From the NCBI GenBank assembly GCA_037442745.1, contig JBBIPP010000008.1, positions 690 through 64,689 of the forward strand: 64,000 nt of DNA, given 5' to 3'. The stretch's first letter is position 1; each line of letters begins with the position of its first letter. Below the pieces are notes generated by a model that was not told the DNA's origin, did no database searches, and saw only the letters and a program-made list of their open reading frames with translations. This DNA comes from an archaeon (GTDB lineage: Archaea; SpSt-1190; DYHY01). Positions 20,955 to 29,600 of the stretch are shown here, piece by piece. A program made the translations under genes and the position numbers.

Positions 20955-21440
20955 GTTTTCCGAAAGATGGCTTCCCCTGTGGCGTTATAAAATTATTGTT
21001 TTCCCTTTCCCTAAAAGGACCTCCCAAAACCCGCCTTTGCAATTGGCCTGTCGTGTGGCGTCATTTTCCTCGGAAGACTTTTTTTTTGAAAACCAACCCC
21101 CAACAAATGCTCAGTTGTTCTGAGAGTTTCCGGAGATTTTCCGACCTCTACGAAAAAGGTCAAAAAGACTCTGTGGAAACTGGGCTTTTTCATTGCATCA
21201 ATGAAGAAGAGTTGCTTGAATTCTGAAGCAGGAATCCTTATTCAAGTCTCCTCCAAAAATTCCCCTGAAACCCCCTTTTCAGACAGCTCCCAAAAGTCCT
21301 TGCAATACCAGTTAGTCCTTTTCAGGAGAATCCTGCCCCAGGAATCGAAAGATGCTACGCAGACTCTCGGGACAGGATTAACCTCTTTTATCCGTAATTT
21401 CAGGGACCTTTCTTCAGTTCAGCGACAACGTCAATCTCAA

Positions 21441-21490
21441 CCAGCGCCCCGGCCGGAAGGGCGGAGACTTGGACAGCGCTCCTCGCAGGG
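21441..21490 (+). ncRNA. candidate SRP (7S) RNA helix-8-like motif within a ~600-bp ORF-free region (20960-21600)
   Basis: 'cagcgccccggccGGAAgggcggagacttggacag' resembles the conserved SRP RNA apical motif CAGG(U/C)CCGGAAGG(A/G)AGCAGC...GGCAG. No ORF of at least 60 aa covers the region. Not verified structurally. Confidence 0.25.
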
Positions 21491-21604
21491 AAAGTTCAAG
21501 AGGGAATTGTCCTTCCTTTTCGCAAAGAAACATTTTCCCCTGAAATCGACAATTGCCATTTAGGCGAAGAGGACTTTTCATATTTTACTGAGAGCCATTT
21601 TTCC

Positions 21605-22219
21605 CTAGAGCGCCAGAAGGCAATTCCTCAGTTCCTCCGCTGCCTCGTCAAGCTTCCCTTGCCTGTTGACAATTTCCTTCACAATTGCCCCAGAATACAT
21701 CGAGTACGCATATGCAACGCCCCGACCGACGTCCTGCTCCGCAAGAATTGTTTCCAGAGGAATTTCATCTCTTGTCCTCCCTTCAGTCTTTCCAGAAGCA
21801 TTGTCAGCGTTCTTCCTCGCGGCAATCTCTTCAGGCAGGCCTGAAATCAGAACAATCATTGAGAGATTCAATTCATCCAGAACCCATTTGGGAAATCCTG
21901 GCCAGAACCCTCCAGATTTGAACATTACCGAGTGGGACGTTACAATGAATAGACCGCCTTTTTCCTTCCCGGCCATTGAAGCAAGCTTTTTTGCAACCTT
22001 TACCTGCATTTTCCGAGCGTCAGCGAGCGTTGCCTCCCTTCTGAATTTGTCTCGGTCCCCTCCGACAACTTCCTGGGTAATGTGCCCGAAATTGACAACC
22101 TTCACATCCTTTCTTTCCCCAAGAGCGGCATTCATTACCGCAGTTTTCCCGACTCCTGAGGGCCCTAGAACAAGCACAATTTTCGCCCCTTTTTCGGATT
22201 TAGAAACTACCTTTGCCAT
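21605..22219 (-). CDS. adkA: adenylate kinase, archaeal type
   Basis: P-loop 'VLGPSGVGKT' near the N-terminus when started at 'MAKVVSKSEKGAKIV'. Size ~205 aa. Confidence 0.65.
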   Translation of the reverse strand: MAKVVSKSEKGAKIVLVLGPSGVGKTAVMNAALGERKDVKVVNFGHITQEVVGGDRDKFRREATLADARKMQVKVAKKLASMAGKEKGGLFIVTSHSVMFKSGGFWPGFPKWVLDELNLSMIVLISGLPEEIAARKNADNASGKTEGRTRDEIPLETILAEQDVGRGVAYAYSMYSGAIVKEIVNRQGKLDEAAEELRNCLLAL

Positions 22220-22306
22220 GCTGGAGAATCCCGAACTTTGCGCTTTTAACATTATTTTTTCCCCCTGAAAAAAGAATAAAAGCTCCCCTCTGACAATTCC
22301 CGACTC

Positions 22307-23338
22307 ATGGCGCAAAAAGAAGACAAAAATCAGACACTCCAAGAGAGAATACTTTCGTCGAAGAATCCTTTCCTCGAAATCCTCGGCCAGGAGAACGCGA
22401 AGAAATCCGCAATTTCCGCCCTCCTTTCAGGACGCCATTTCGTAATACTTGGATATCCTGGGGTTGGGAAGACGACTCTTGCGAAATCGATTTCCAGGCT
22501 CCTTCCGGAAGTGGAAGTTGTCATTGGATGCGATTTCCATTGCAGTCCCGAGGAGCCGGTCTGCCCTTCCTGCATTGCGAGAAAAGGCAAAGGGGAAAAG
22601 CTACCGAAGGAAAAATCCCCCGGAGAAAAGAGGTTCGTCCGGGTCCAAGGGTCCCCAGATCTCCAGCCGGAAGACCTTGTCGGGGACATTGATCCAATCA
22701 AGGCTCTGGAATTCGGCCCAAAGGACCCTCGGGCATTCACTCCCGGAAAAATCCTCCGGGCGAACAGGGGGATACTCTTCTTCGACGAGATAAACAGGTG
22801 CCCTGAGAGACTTCAGAACGCGCTCCTTCAGGTTCTGGAAGAAGGCAATGTGACAATCGGTGGCTATGAAGTCGATTATCCAACCGATTTCATACTTGTC
22901 GCAACAATGAACCCGAGGGAGACTGCAGGAACCGAGAAATTGTCAGAAGCTCTCCTCGACCGCCTCGATTTCATTGAAATGGGCTTTCCGGAAACAGCCG
23001 AACTAGAGGAGAAAATCGCAGTTGAAAAGGGCGCAAAGCTCGAAGGGACAAAACTTCCCGAGAAAATAATGAAAGGAATTGTATCAGTTGTCAGGGCAAC
23101 CCGGACTGACGAGCGGGTGGAAAAGCCCGCCGGAGTCAGGGCGACAATAGGTATTTATGAGCGGGTCCAGGGGTTCGCTCTCTCCAACGGAAGGAAAGAG
23201 GCGACAACTGAGGACCTGATAACCGCAGTCCACTCTGTTCTTGACCACAGGATACGGCTCGCCCCAAAGTTCAGGCACTCGGCAAAGCCTGAACAGGTAA
23301 TTGAGGAAATTCTCGGGAAACTCGCCCTCCCAAAATAA
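22307..23338 (+). CDS. AAA+ ATPase of the MoxR / Mg-chelatase ChlI family with a Cys4 insertion
   Basis: Walker A 'GYPGVGKTT', Walker B 'ILFFDEIN', sensor 'LVATMNPRE'. Insertion 'CDFHCSPEEPVCPSC' between Walker A and B. Confidence 0.75.
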   Translation: MAQKEDKNQTLQERILSSKNPFLEILGQENAKKSAISALLSGRHFVILGYPGVGKTTLAKSISRLLPEVEVVIGCDFHCSPEEPVCPSCIARKGKGEKLPKEKSPGEKRFVRVQGSPDLQPEDLVGDIDPIKALEFGPKDPRAFTPGKILRANRGILFFDEINRCPERLQNALLQVLEEGNVTIGGYEVDYPTDFILVATMNPRETAGTEKLSEALLDRLDFIEMGFPETAELEEKIAVEKGAKLEGTKLPEKIMKGIVSVVRATRTDERVEKPAGVRATIGIYERVQGFALSNGRKEATTEDLITAVHSVLDHRIRLAPKFRHSAKPEQVIEEILGKLALPK

Positions 23339-23472
23339 TCGCCCCCGAAGGAAAAAGCGGGGGGACTCTGGACGAGGAGGACGGCAATTCTTCCGAGCAG
23401 AAATTCTCCGAAAAAAAGCAGGGGAAAATTCCAAAGGAGGAGAGCAAGAGCTATGGGCCCCTTCTCCGCCAG

Positions 23473-24531
23473 ATGGCGAACCGAGGGCTTGACGGACTGA
23501 ACGCAGCATTCATTGCAAGATCAATTGTCTATGACCTAGGTTCAGCAATAGGAACATATGGGGAAGAGCTCTTGGAAGGATTAACAGGTCTTCCGATATC
23601 CGAACTATCCAGAAGCGAGGGAAAAATCGAGAGAATATCCCAGATTTCCGGGAGAATTGAGGGGAAATTGAAAGGCCTCTTGTCGGAGGGATTCATTGCC
23701 AAAGGAGGGGCTGGCCTGACAAAGAAGGCTCTGAAGGAAATTGCTGAAGAGACCCTGAAGGACGAGCTCCAAATACTCTCAAAATCAGGGTTCGGAAGCC
23801 ACCCGGCCGATTTCAAAGGGAACGAGGAGAAGACTGAGCGGGCATATCCGAGGTCAAAATCAGATTCCTATCGGAGAATATCGACGAGGAAAACCGTGTC
23901 CGTTGCGGCAAAGAGGGGCCACAAAAGAATTCTCCCGGAAGACCTCCGCTCCCTTGAAATGACCAGGAGGACTGGGATTGACTTTATTTTCGTTCTCGAT
24001 TCTTCCGGAAGCATGAAAGGAGACAAGATTGACTCGGCAAAGCGGGCGGCAATAGGGCTCTCCGCAGTATCTATCGGAACTCTTGACAGGGTGGCGGTTG
24101 TTTCCTTCCGAAAGGAGCCGGAAGTAATCTGCGAGTTCTTAGATTCCGAAGATATCGGATATTTCGCGGAGAAAATTGTCTCCCTCTTTCCCGGAGGAAC
24201 GACTTCAATCGGAAAGGCAATAACTCTTGCGTCCGGAATGTTCGAGGGCTTGGAGAATTCCAAATCTGCAAAGCACATCCTCCTGATAACAGACGGCCTG
24301 CCGACGGAAGGGGACAAGCCGGTTGAGGACGCAAAAGATGCTGTGATTTCTGCAAGAGAGAACGGAATAACCGTATCTGTTGCCGGAATCGGACTAAACG
24401 AGGAGGGAGAATGGCTTCTCCGGGAGCTCGCAGGTTTTGGGGACGGGAACTTTTACAACGTTCCGGCAGTTTCCGGAAGCGAACTGACCGGAATTGTCCT
24501 TGACGATAGGGAGAGGGCCGGAACTATCTAG
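23473..24531 (+). CDS. von Willebrand factor A (vWA) domain protein, ChlD-like partner of the upstream ATPase
   Basis: MIDAS motif 'VLDSSGSM' followed by '...GGTTSIGKAI' and 'LITDGLPT'. Confidence 0.7.
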   Translation: MANRGLDGLNAAFIARSIVYDLGSAIGTYGEELLEGLTGLPISELSRSEGKIERISQISGRIEGKLKGLLSEGFIAKGGAGLTKKALKEIAEETLKDELQILSKSGFGSHPADFKGNEEKTERAYPRSKSDSYRRISTRKTVSVAAKRGHKRILPEDLRSLEMTRRTGIDFIFVLDSSGSMKGDKIDSAKRAAIGLSAVSIGTLDRVAVVSFRKEPEVICEFLDSEDIGYFAEKIVSLFPGGTTSIGKAITLASGMFEGLENSKSAKHILLITDGLPTEGDKPVEDAKDAVISARENGITVSVAGIGLNEEGEWLLRELAGFGDGNFYNVPAVSGSELTGIVLDDRERAGTI

Positions 24532-25600
24532 TTATTCTAAAGGACACGACCTCTTCCAAAAGCCCTCTTGCGGAGGAGTCCTTTTCGAAATGAGACCGAA
24601 CAGGAGCAACCAACCTGTCAATATGCTCAGAGACGGCTCCCTTCAAATCAACTGGCGAGAGCTTCCCCGAAAAATAGAGGCTTTCCAACTCAGGATATCC
24701 CCCTATATCAAGGTTCCCCCCGTATTTCTCCGGCCTCTCAATCCTCATTTCCGGGAATTTTTCGAAGACAATATACTTGCAATATTCGAGGATTGGGTTT
24801 TCCAGAACCTGCTTTTCAGGGCAGTAGGCATTTTTTATTTTCCTGAAAATCTCCTCCCTAGAATCGGTCATGAAAATTGAGCTATCGGGCCTGCTCTTTG
24901 ACATTTTCATGTCAATTGCCCGCTCGGTCGCGTCCGCCTCACTGCTCGCCGGTTTCTCAAGACCCATTAGCATGTGGTGGCTCACAACCACAGGCTTCCA
25001 AAATCCGAGCTTCTCGCCTAGCTCACGCGCTAGGACGTTCACTTTTCTCTGGTCAATCCCAAGCTGGCAGATGTCCGCTTTCAGGTAGAAGATGTCCGCC
25101 GCCTGCATGCAGGGGTAGAGAATCTGGGATGCCTGGAGGACTTCAGCCTCCTTTCGCCCCATAATCTGCCCGCACCGGATAATTCTGTTCATTGTCGAGT
25201 TCCTTGCTACCTGCATAACTATTTTCCAGTATTCCGGGTCGGAGACAGCGTCATTAGCCCAGATGAACTCGACGTTATCTAGGTCCATTCCGCACGCTTT
25301 CCAGATCTCTATGAAATATTTCCCGACAGTCTGGATTTTTTCTAGGTCGCCCCCAATTTTGTTGTTCGCCCAGCCGTGCCAGTCGGCAACAAGCATCTTG
25401 AACTTGCCCCCGGCAGAAATCATTTTGTTGACGTTAATTGTCCGCAAAATCCCTTGGGCAATGTGCATTCTTCCAGAGGGCTCGAAGCCGTCATATGCAA
25501 CGAAATTTTTCTTCTCCGAAAGAAGGGTTCTCAATTCCCCCTCAGTCAGTATTTCCTCTCCGACCTGCTTTATCAGACTGAGCCTTGATTCAACGTCCAT
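24524..25600 (-). CDS. tyrS: tyrosyl-tRNA synthetase (archaeal/eukaryotic type)
   Basis: HIGH-like 'PSGRMHIAQG' and 'KMSKS' motifs. 358 aa. Confidence 0.85.
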   Translation of the reverse strand: MDVESRLSLIKQVGEEILTEGELRTLLSEKKNFVAYDGFEPSGRMHIAQGILRTINVNKMISAGGKFKMLVADWHGWANNKIGGDLEKIQTVGKYFIEIWKACGMDLDNVEFIWANDAVSDPEYWKIVMQVARNSTMNRIIRCGQIMGRKEAEVLQASQILYPCMQAADIFYLKADICQLGIDQRKVNVLARELGEKLGFWKPVVVSHHMLMGLEKPASSEADATERAIDMKMSKSRPDSSIFMTDSREEIFRKIKNAYCPEKQVLENPILEYCKYIVFEKFPEMRIERPEKYGGNLDIGGYPELESLYFSGKLSPVDLKGAVSEHIDRLVAPVRSHFEKDSSARGLLEEVVSFRITR

Positions 25601-25620
25601 TTGATTTCTCTCCCTTCTCC

Positions 25621-26052
25621 TCAGATTTCGACGAATTCGCTTTTTAACTCCTTCATTGACACGAGCGTTTTCGTCTTCCCCATCCCCTTTGCAAGCTTGA
25701 CGAACTCGTAATATGCGTCAATGCTCTCCGTCCTGACTTTTATCACAAGCTCCCAGTCTCCGGTTATCACATCGCACGACTCCACCTTGGGAAAGCCCGC
25801 AAACTGCCTTGCGACCTTTTCAGGGTCGGAATATTCTCCGGTGTCAAGGTTTATCAGTATGAAGCAGGAAAAGCCGGAGCCAGCTTTCTTGCGGTCAAGC
25901 ACTGCCTTGTAAGACCGGACAATTTCCCTTTCCTCAAGCTTCCTTATTTTATGGTGTATTGTCGGTGACGGCGAGCGGAGTTCCGATGCCAGCCGGGAAA
26001 TCCGGGGCGTGCAATAGCCTTTGTTCAGGAGGGAAGGCGCCGGCCCCGTCAT
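25621..26052 (-). CDS. Lrp/AsnC-family transcriptional regulator
   Basis: N-terminal HTH region followed by an RAM-domain-like C-terminus. 143 aa. Confidence 0.7.
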   Translation of the reverse strand: MTGPAPSLLNKGYCTPRISRLASELRSPSPTIHHKIRKLEEREIVRSYKAVLDRKKAGSGFSCFILINLDTGEYSDPEKVARQFAGFPKVESCDVITGDWELVIKVRTESIDAYYEFVKLAKGMGKTKTLVSMKELKSEFVEI

Positions 26053-26542
26053 CAGAAAGGCATACTATCTCTACTGACATTAATACCAAAAATGTCCCGC
26101 TCATCAAAATATTCCCTCTTCCTGTCCGGAAAATGCGTATTACCTTGTCCCACAGGAACAGTACAAAAAATAAAACCAATGTACAGAAGCGCGCAGACCG
26201 ATAGATTAAAATACCATTTAGTGGCTAGTATAGCTAGGAAAAAATGGCTAGCGGAAAAGCAATACAGGCAATTTCGTATTGTCAGGCTAGCCAAAGGTCT
26301 AGATGGAACAACCGGATTTTTACAAATTCCTTCATGAGACTTGATTGTCATGCCACAAAGGGCACTATTGGCGGTGTAAAAAAAACGCACGCCATTAAGG
26401 TCCTTGTGGCGTGACAGGAAAACGGGAAATAAGCTCCCCGAAAACCCAAGTCATCTTGGGGATGTAGGGGATGTGAAAAACCGGAAATTTTGGTGTTTGT
26501 TGAAGCGGAGAGTGAATCTGCTAGGGAAACTAAACCCAGCAA

Positions 26543-26803
26543 TTGATTTTTCCATCAACATCGGGAATATATTTTTTCAGGGAATTATCAAAAGGAAACA
26601 GGAGAAGAAAAGCAATGGAACCCAATGGGGAACAAGAAAAGACGGTAAGAATAATTGTCGGAGAACGGGAGTTCTCTCTGAACAGGCGGGAGTTCGATCT
26701 CCTTGCAAGCTCAATTGAGGCAAAGACAGGGATGGACTTGGAAATCCCTCCCGAATTCGCCCTCGAGGAAGACGGCGGAGGGACGCCCGGGGAGGCCGGA
26801 TAG
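26543..26803 (+). CDS. hypothetical small protein
   Basis: ORF in an otherwise intergenic region with no motif. Confidence 0.2.
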   Translation: MIFPSTSGIYFFRELSKGNRRRKAMEPNGEQEKTVRIIVGEREFSLNRREFDLLASSIEAKTGMDLEIPPEFALEEDGGGTPGEAG

Positions 26804-27095
26804 CGCGAAAAATTCCATCCGAATCAAATAATTGTCACAAGACCTGACGAATATTGAGAGGTGGTTATTTGGGGAGACAATAGAGCAGAAGAAAAAAATC
26901 CGGAAAAAAGAAAAGGGCGCGCAAAGGCCCGGAAGAAAATATACGGGAATTTTGCGCATACCCGGGTCGGAGAGCCCCCTCGCAAAGGCGAACTTTTGCA
27001 AAAACCTCTTCGCCAGTCCTGCCCGTCTATTGGGCCGGCGGTTATCTCGTGGGTTTTTCTTCAGGGGCCCTCCGGCCGACACACTCAAATATTTT

Positions 27096-29264
27096 TCAAT
27101 GGGATTTCTTCTCAGGAGATTTCCTCTTCCTAGTCGCTTTCGGAGGGGAGGAAATTTCCCCTAACGGACTTTTTTGGACGAGCCTTTCCTCCGGTTTGTT
27201 TTTCGGTTTTCCCCAATCCTTTTTTGTCTCGCACGAAGGCTCGATACACATTGTGAACGGTCTCTTGCCGGCCCTGACGACCTTTATTATCGGGGTTCCG
27301 CATTTGTCGCATGTCTTGTCTGTAGCCTCAACAAGGCCTCCCGGCAAGGGGAATGACTGCGTGCAGTTTGGATAGTTCGTGCATCCGACGAATTTTTTTC
27401 TAGTCCTAGGATTGAATATTGTCTTCAGGTTTCCCGCCCCGCATTTAGAGCATTTGCCAAGGGTCTCTTTGATGTTCAATGCAATCTTTAGACCCGAGAG
27501 GAGGGTCTGCCCGACCTCTAGCTCGTGCTCCCTGAATTTTGAGAGGGTTTCGACAAGAACCTTTTTCGCCCTTGAGAGGATTTCTTCCCGCCTTTTTCTC
27601 CCTTCCGAGATCAGTTCCATTTCCGCCTCGAACTCGCGCGTCAATTCGGGAGAGATTATTTTCGGAGCGTTATTCTCAAGTGAATCGACAACCGCAAGGC
27701 CGAGCTCAGTCACAACAATTTTCTTTTCCCTAATATATCCCCGGGAATAAAGAGTCTCGACAATTTCCGCCCTCGTCGCTTTTGTCCCTAGATTCTCCTT
27801 TTCAAGCGCCTTGATTAAGGAGGCTTCGTTATATCTCGGGGGGGGCTCAGTTTCCTTTGACAGGAGATCAATTGACAGAATTTCAAGATAATCTCCCTTG
27901 ACCATACTCGGAAGGGAACTCTCCTCAAGCTTTGCATACTGCCCGTAGAATTCCGCCCAGCCCAGTTCCAAAGTTGAGCGTCCGGAAGCGTTGAAAATCT
28001 CCCCCCTTACATCCAATCTTACCGAGACAGTCTCCCTGACGCAAGGCTCCCCGAAAACCGCAAGGAACCTTCTCACAATAAGATCATAGAGCTTTGATTG
28101 CTCTTCTGTGAGAGACGTTGGCCTCTCCCCGGTCGGGTGTATTGCCGGGTGAGCCGGGTCGTCCTTTTCTCCGTTGGCAGGGACAAGAGAATTCTTTTTT
28201 GCGAGAGCGCCCGCATGTTCAGAATATTTCTTTTGTTTTGAGAGGGAAAGAAGAATTCCGCGGAGATCGAGCTTGTCTGGAAGTTTCTGCGAACTGGTCC
28301 TAGGGTAGCTGATGAGCGCCTTTTCATAGAGCGATTGGGCAATGCTTTGAGTTCTCTTAGGCGAAAATCCGAAATGCCGATAGCCTTCTGTCTGAAGCTT
28401 TGTCAAGTCGAAAGGGGTTGGCGGAAGCTCGCGATATTCCCTTTTGTCAAGAGACGCTACTTGCGCCCGTTTCTCTCCGGAAATCTTTCCGAAAATTTTC
28501 TCCGCCTCGTTTTTATCCCAGAACTTGTCCGCCTCGTGGAGGGCCTTCACTTCAATCCTGTCTTTTTCCGAGAGAAGGGATATTTGCCAGAAAGGAACCG
28601 GAACGAAATCTTTGATTTCCTTCTCCCTCTTTGCTAGGAAAGCAAGAGCAGGGCCCTGGACCCTGCCTGTTGAAAGAACGTGCCAACGCCCCGCCTTTTT
28701 TATCGCAAGAGTGAGCGCTCGGGAGAGATTTATTCCATAGAGCCAATCGAGCTCATGCCTTGCGAGACCTGCTTCAATCTGAGGAAAGTCAAGATGCTCT
28801 GACGCTTTCTCAAAAGAGTCCACAAGTTCCTTTGCAGTTAGGGTGGAAAAATGCAGCCTCTTTGCGTCTTCCCGCGAGCAAGCGAACCGAAGTATGTTAT
28901 ATCCAATCACCGCCCCTTCAGTGTCATAGTCTGTTGCGTTGTAAATTTCTCCCGCGCCTTCAGAAAAATTCTCAATTACTGAGAGGTACGGCCTTGCGAA
29001 TTCCGCGCCTTTGCCTCCCTCCCAGACAGGAACCCATTTCGTTTCAAGGACGGGATATGTCCATTTGCCTTTGTCTTTTTCCACAAGGGAATAGAGATGG
29101 CCGACTGCCGAGACAAGAATTATCCGCTGCCCCTTCCTAGAAATTTCAAGGGCGCTTGCTTTCCCGAATTTCTTCTCGGAAACAGTCCCCTCAGCCAAAG
29201 CCTGGGCAATCTTTCTTGCTGCGTTTGGCTTTTCGCAAATAATCAGGGAATAAGGGGAGGACAT
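27096..29264 (-). CDS. topA: DNA topoisomerase I (type IA) with C-terminal zinc ribbons
   Basis: Toprim 'IICEKPNAARKIA', 'EGAVIGYN' and the topo IA core. C-terminal 'CSKCGAGN...CTNYPNC' and 'CDKCGTP...C' Zn-ribbons. Confidence 0.85.
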   Translation of the reverse strand: MSSPYSLIICEKPNAARKIAQALAEGTVSEKKFGKASALEISRKGQRIILVSAVGHLYSLVEKDKGKWTYPVLETKWVPVWEGGKGAEFARPYLSVIENFSEGAGEIYNATDYDTEGAVIGYNILRFACSREDAKRLHFSTLTAKELVDSFEKASEHLDFPQIEAGLARHELDWLYGINLSRALTLAIKKAGRWHVLSTGRVQGPALAFLAKREKEIKDFVPVPFWQISLLSEKDRIEVKALHEADKFWDKNEAEKIFGKISGEKRAQVASLDKREYRELPPTPFDLTKLQTEGYRHFGFSPKRTQSIAQSLYEKALISYPRTSSQKLPDKLDLRGILLSLSKQKKYSEHAGALAKKNSLVPANGEKDDPAHPAIHPTGERPTSLTEEQSKLYDLIVRRFLAVFGEPCVRETVSVRLDVRGEIFNASGRSTLELGWAEFYGQYAKLEESSLPSMVKGDYLEILSIDLLSKETEPPPRYNEASLIKALEKENLGTKATRAEIVETLYSRGYIREKKIVVTELGLAVVDSLENNAPKIISPELTREFEAEMELISEGRKRREEILSRAKKVLVETLSKFREHELEVGQTLLSGLKIALNIKETLGKCSKCGAGNLKTIFNPRTRKKFVGCTNYPNCTQSFPLPGGLVEATDKTCDKCGTPIIKVVRAGKRPFTMCIEPSCETKKDWGKPKNKPEERLVQKSPLGEISSPPKATRKRKSPEKKSH

Positions 29265-29289
29265 TTGTAAGGGGAGTGCTTGTGCGTAT

Positions 29290-29487
29290 TTATTCGTTTG
29301 GCGTTCCAGAAGACCCGCTTTCCGACCAATTTTCCTCGACGAATTGTTTTATTTCATCGAGATTGTCTAGTATCATCTTCGCTTTCTTCACCCCGAATGT
29401 GAACGGGAACTTGTCGTCCCTTTCGTTTCCAGTTTTCAAGACCAAGACCTTTCTTCCTTTGAACTCGGATATTTCTGCCGGAGCCAT
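29290..29487 (-). CDS. hypothetical small protein (65 aa)
   Basis: Clean ORF upstream of the RM gene. No recognisable motif. Confidence 0.3.
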   Translation of the reverse strand: MAPAEISEFKGRKVLVLKTGNERDDKFPFTFGVKKAKMILDNLDEIKQFVEENWSESGSSGTPNE

Positions 29488-29600
29488 TCCTCTGCCTAGA
29501 ACGCTCCGGTTTTTAAGGGAAAAGAGGAGAATTCCTGTATTCTGCTGGATACTTTGCCAGGAAAAAGAGTTTAAAACTCAAAGCGCTACCCCTAATCAAA

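Noticed and set aside
26100-26540. Intergenic region between the Lrp gene and the upstream ORFs, with three GGCTAG/CTAGCC motifs and a short imperfect hairpin, as a possible Lrp operator or small RNA
   Set aside because: The motifs are short and degenerate. The shared 'agccaaagg' 9-mer with the intron repeat is probably coincidental. The evidence is too weak to call a feature.
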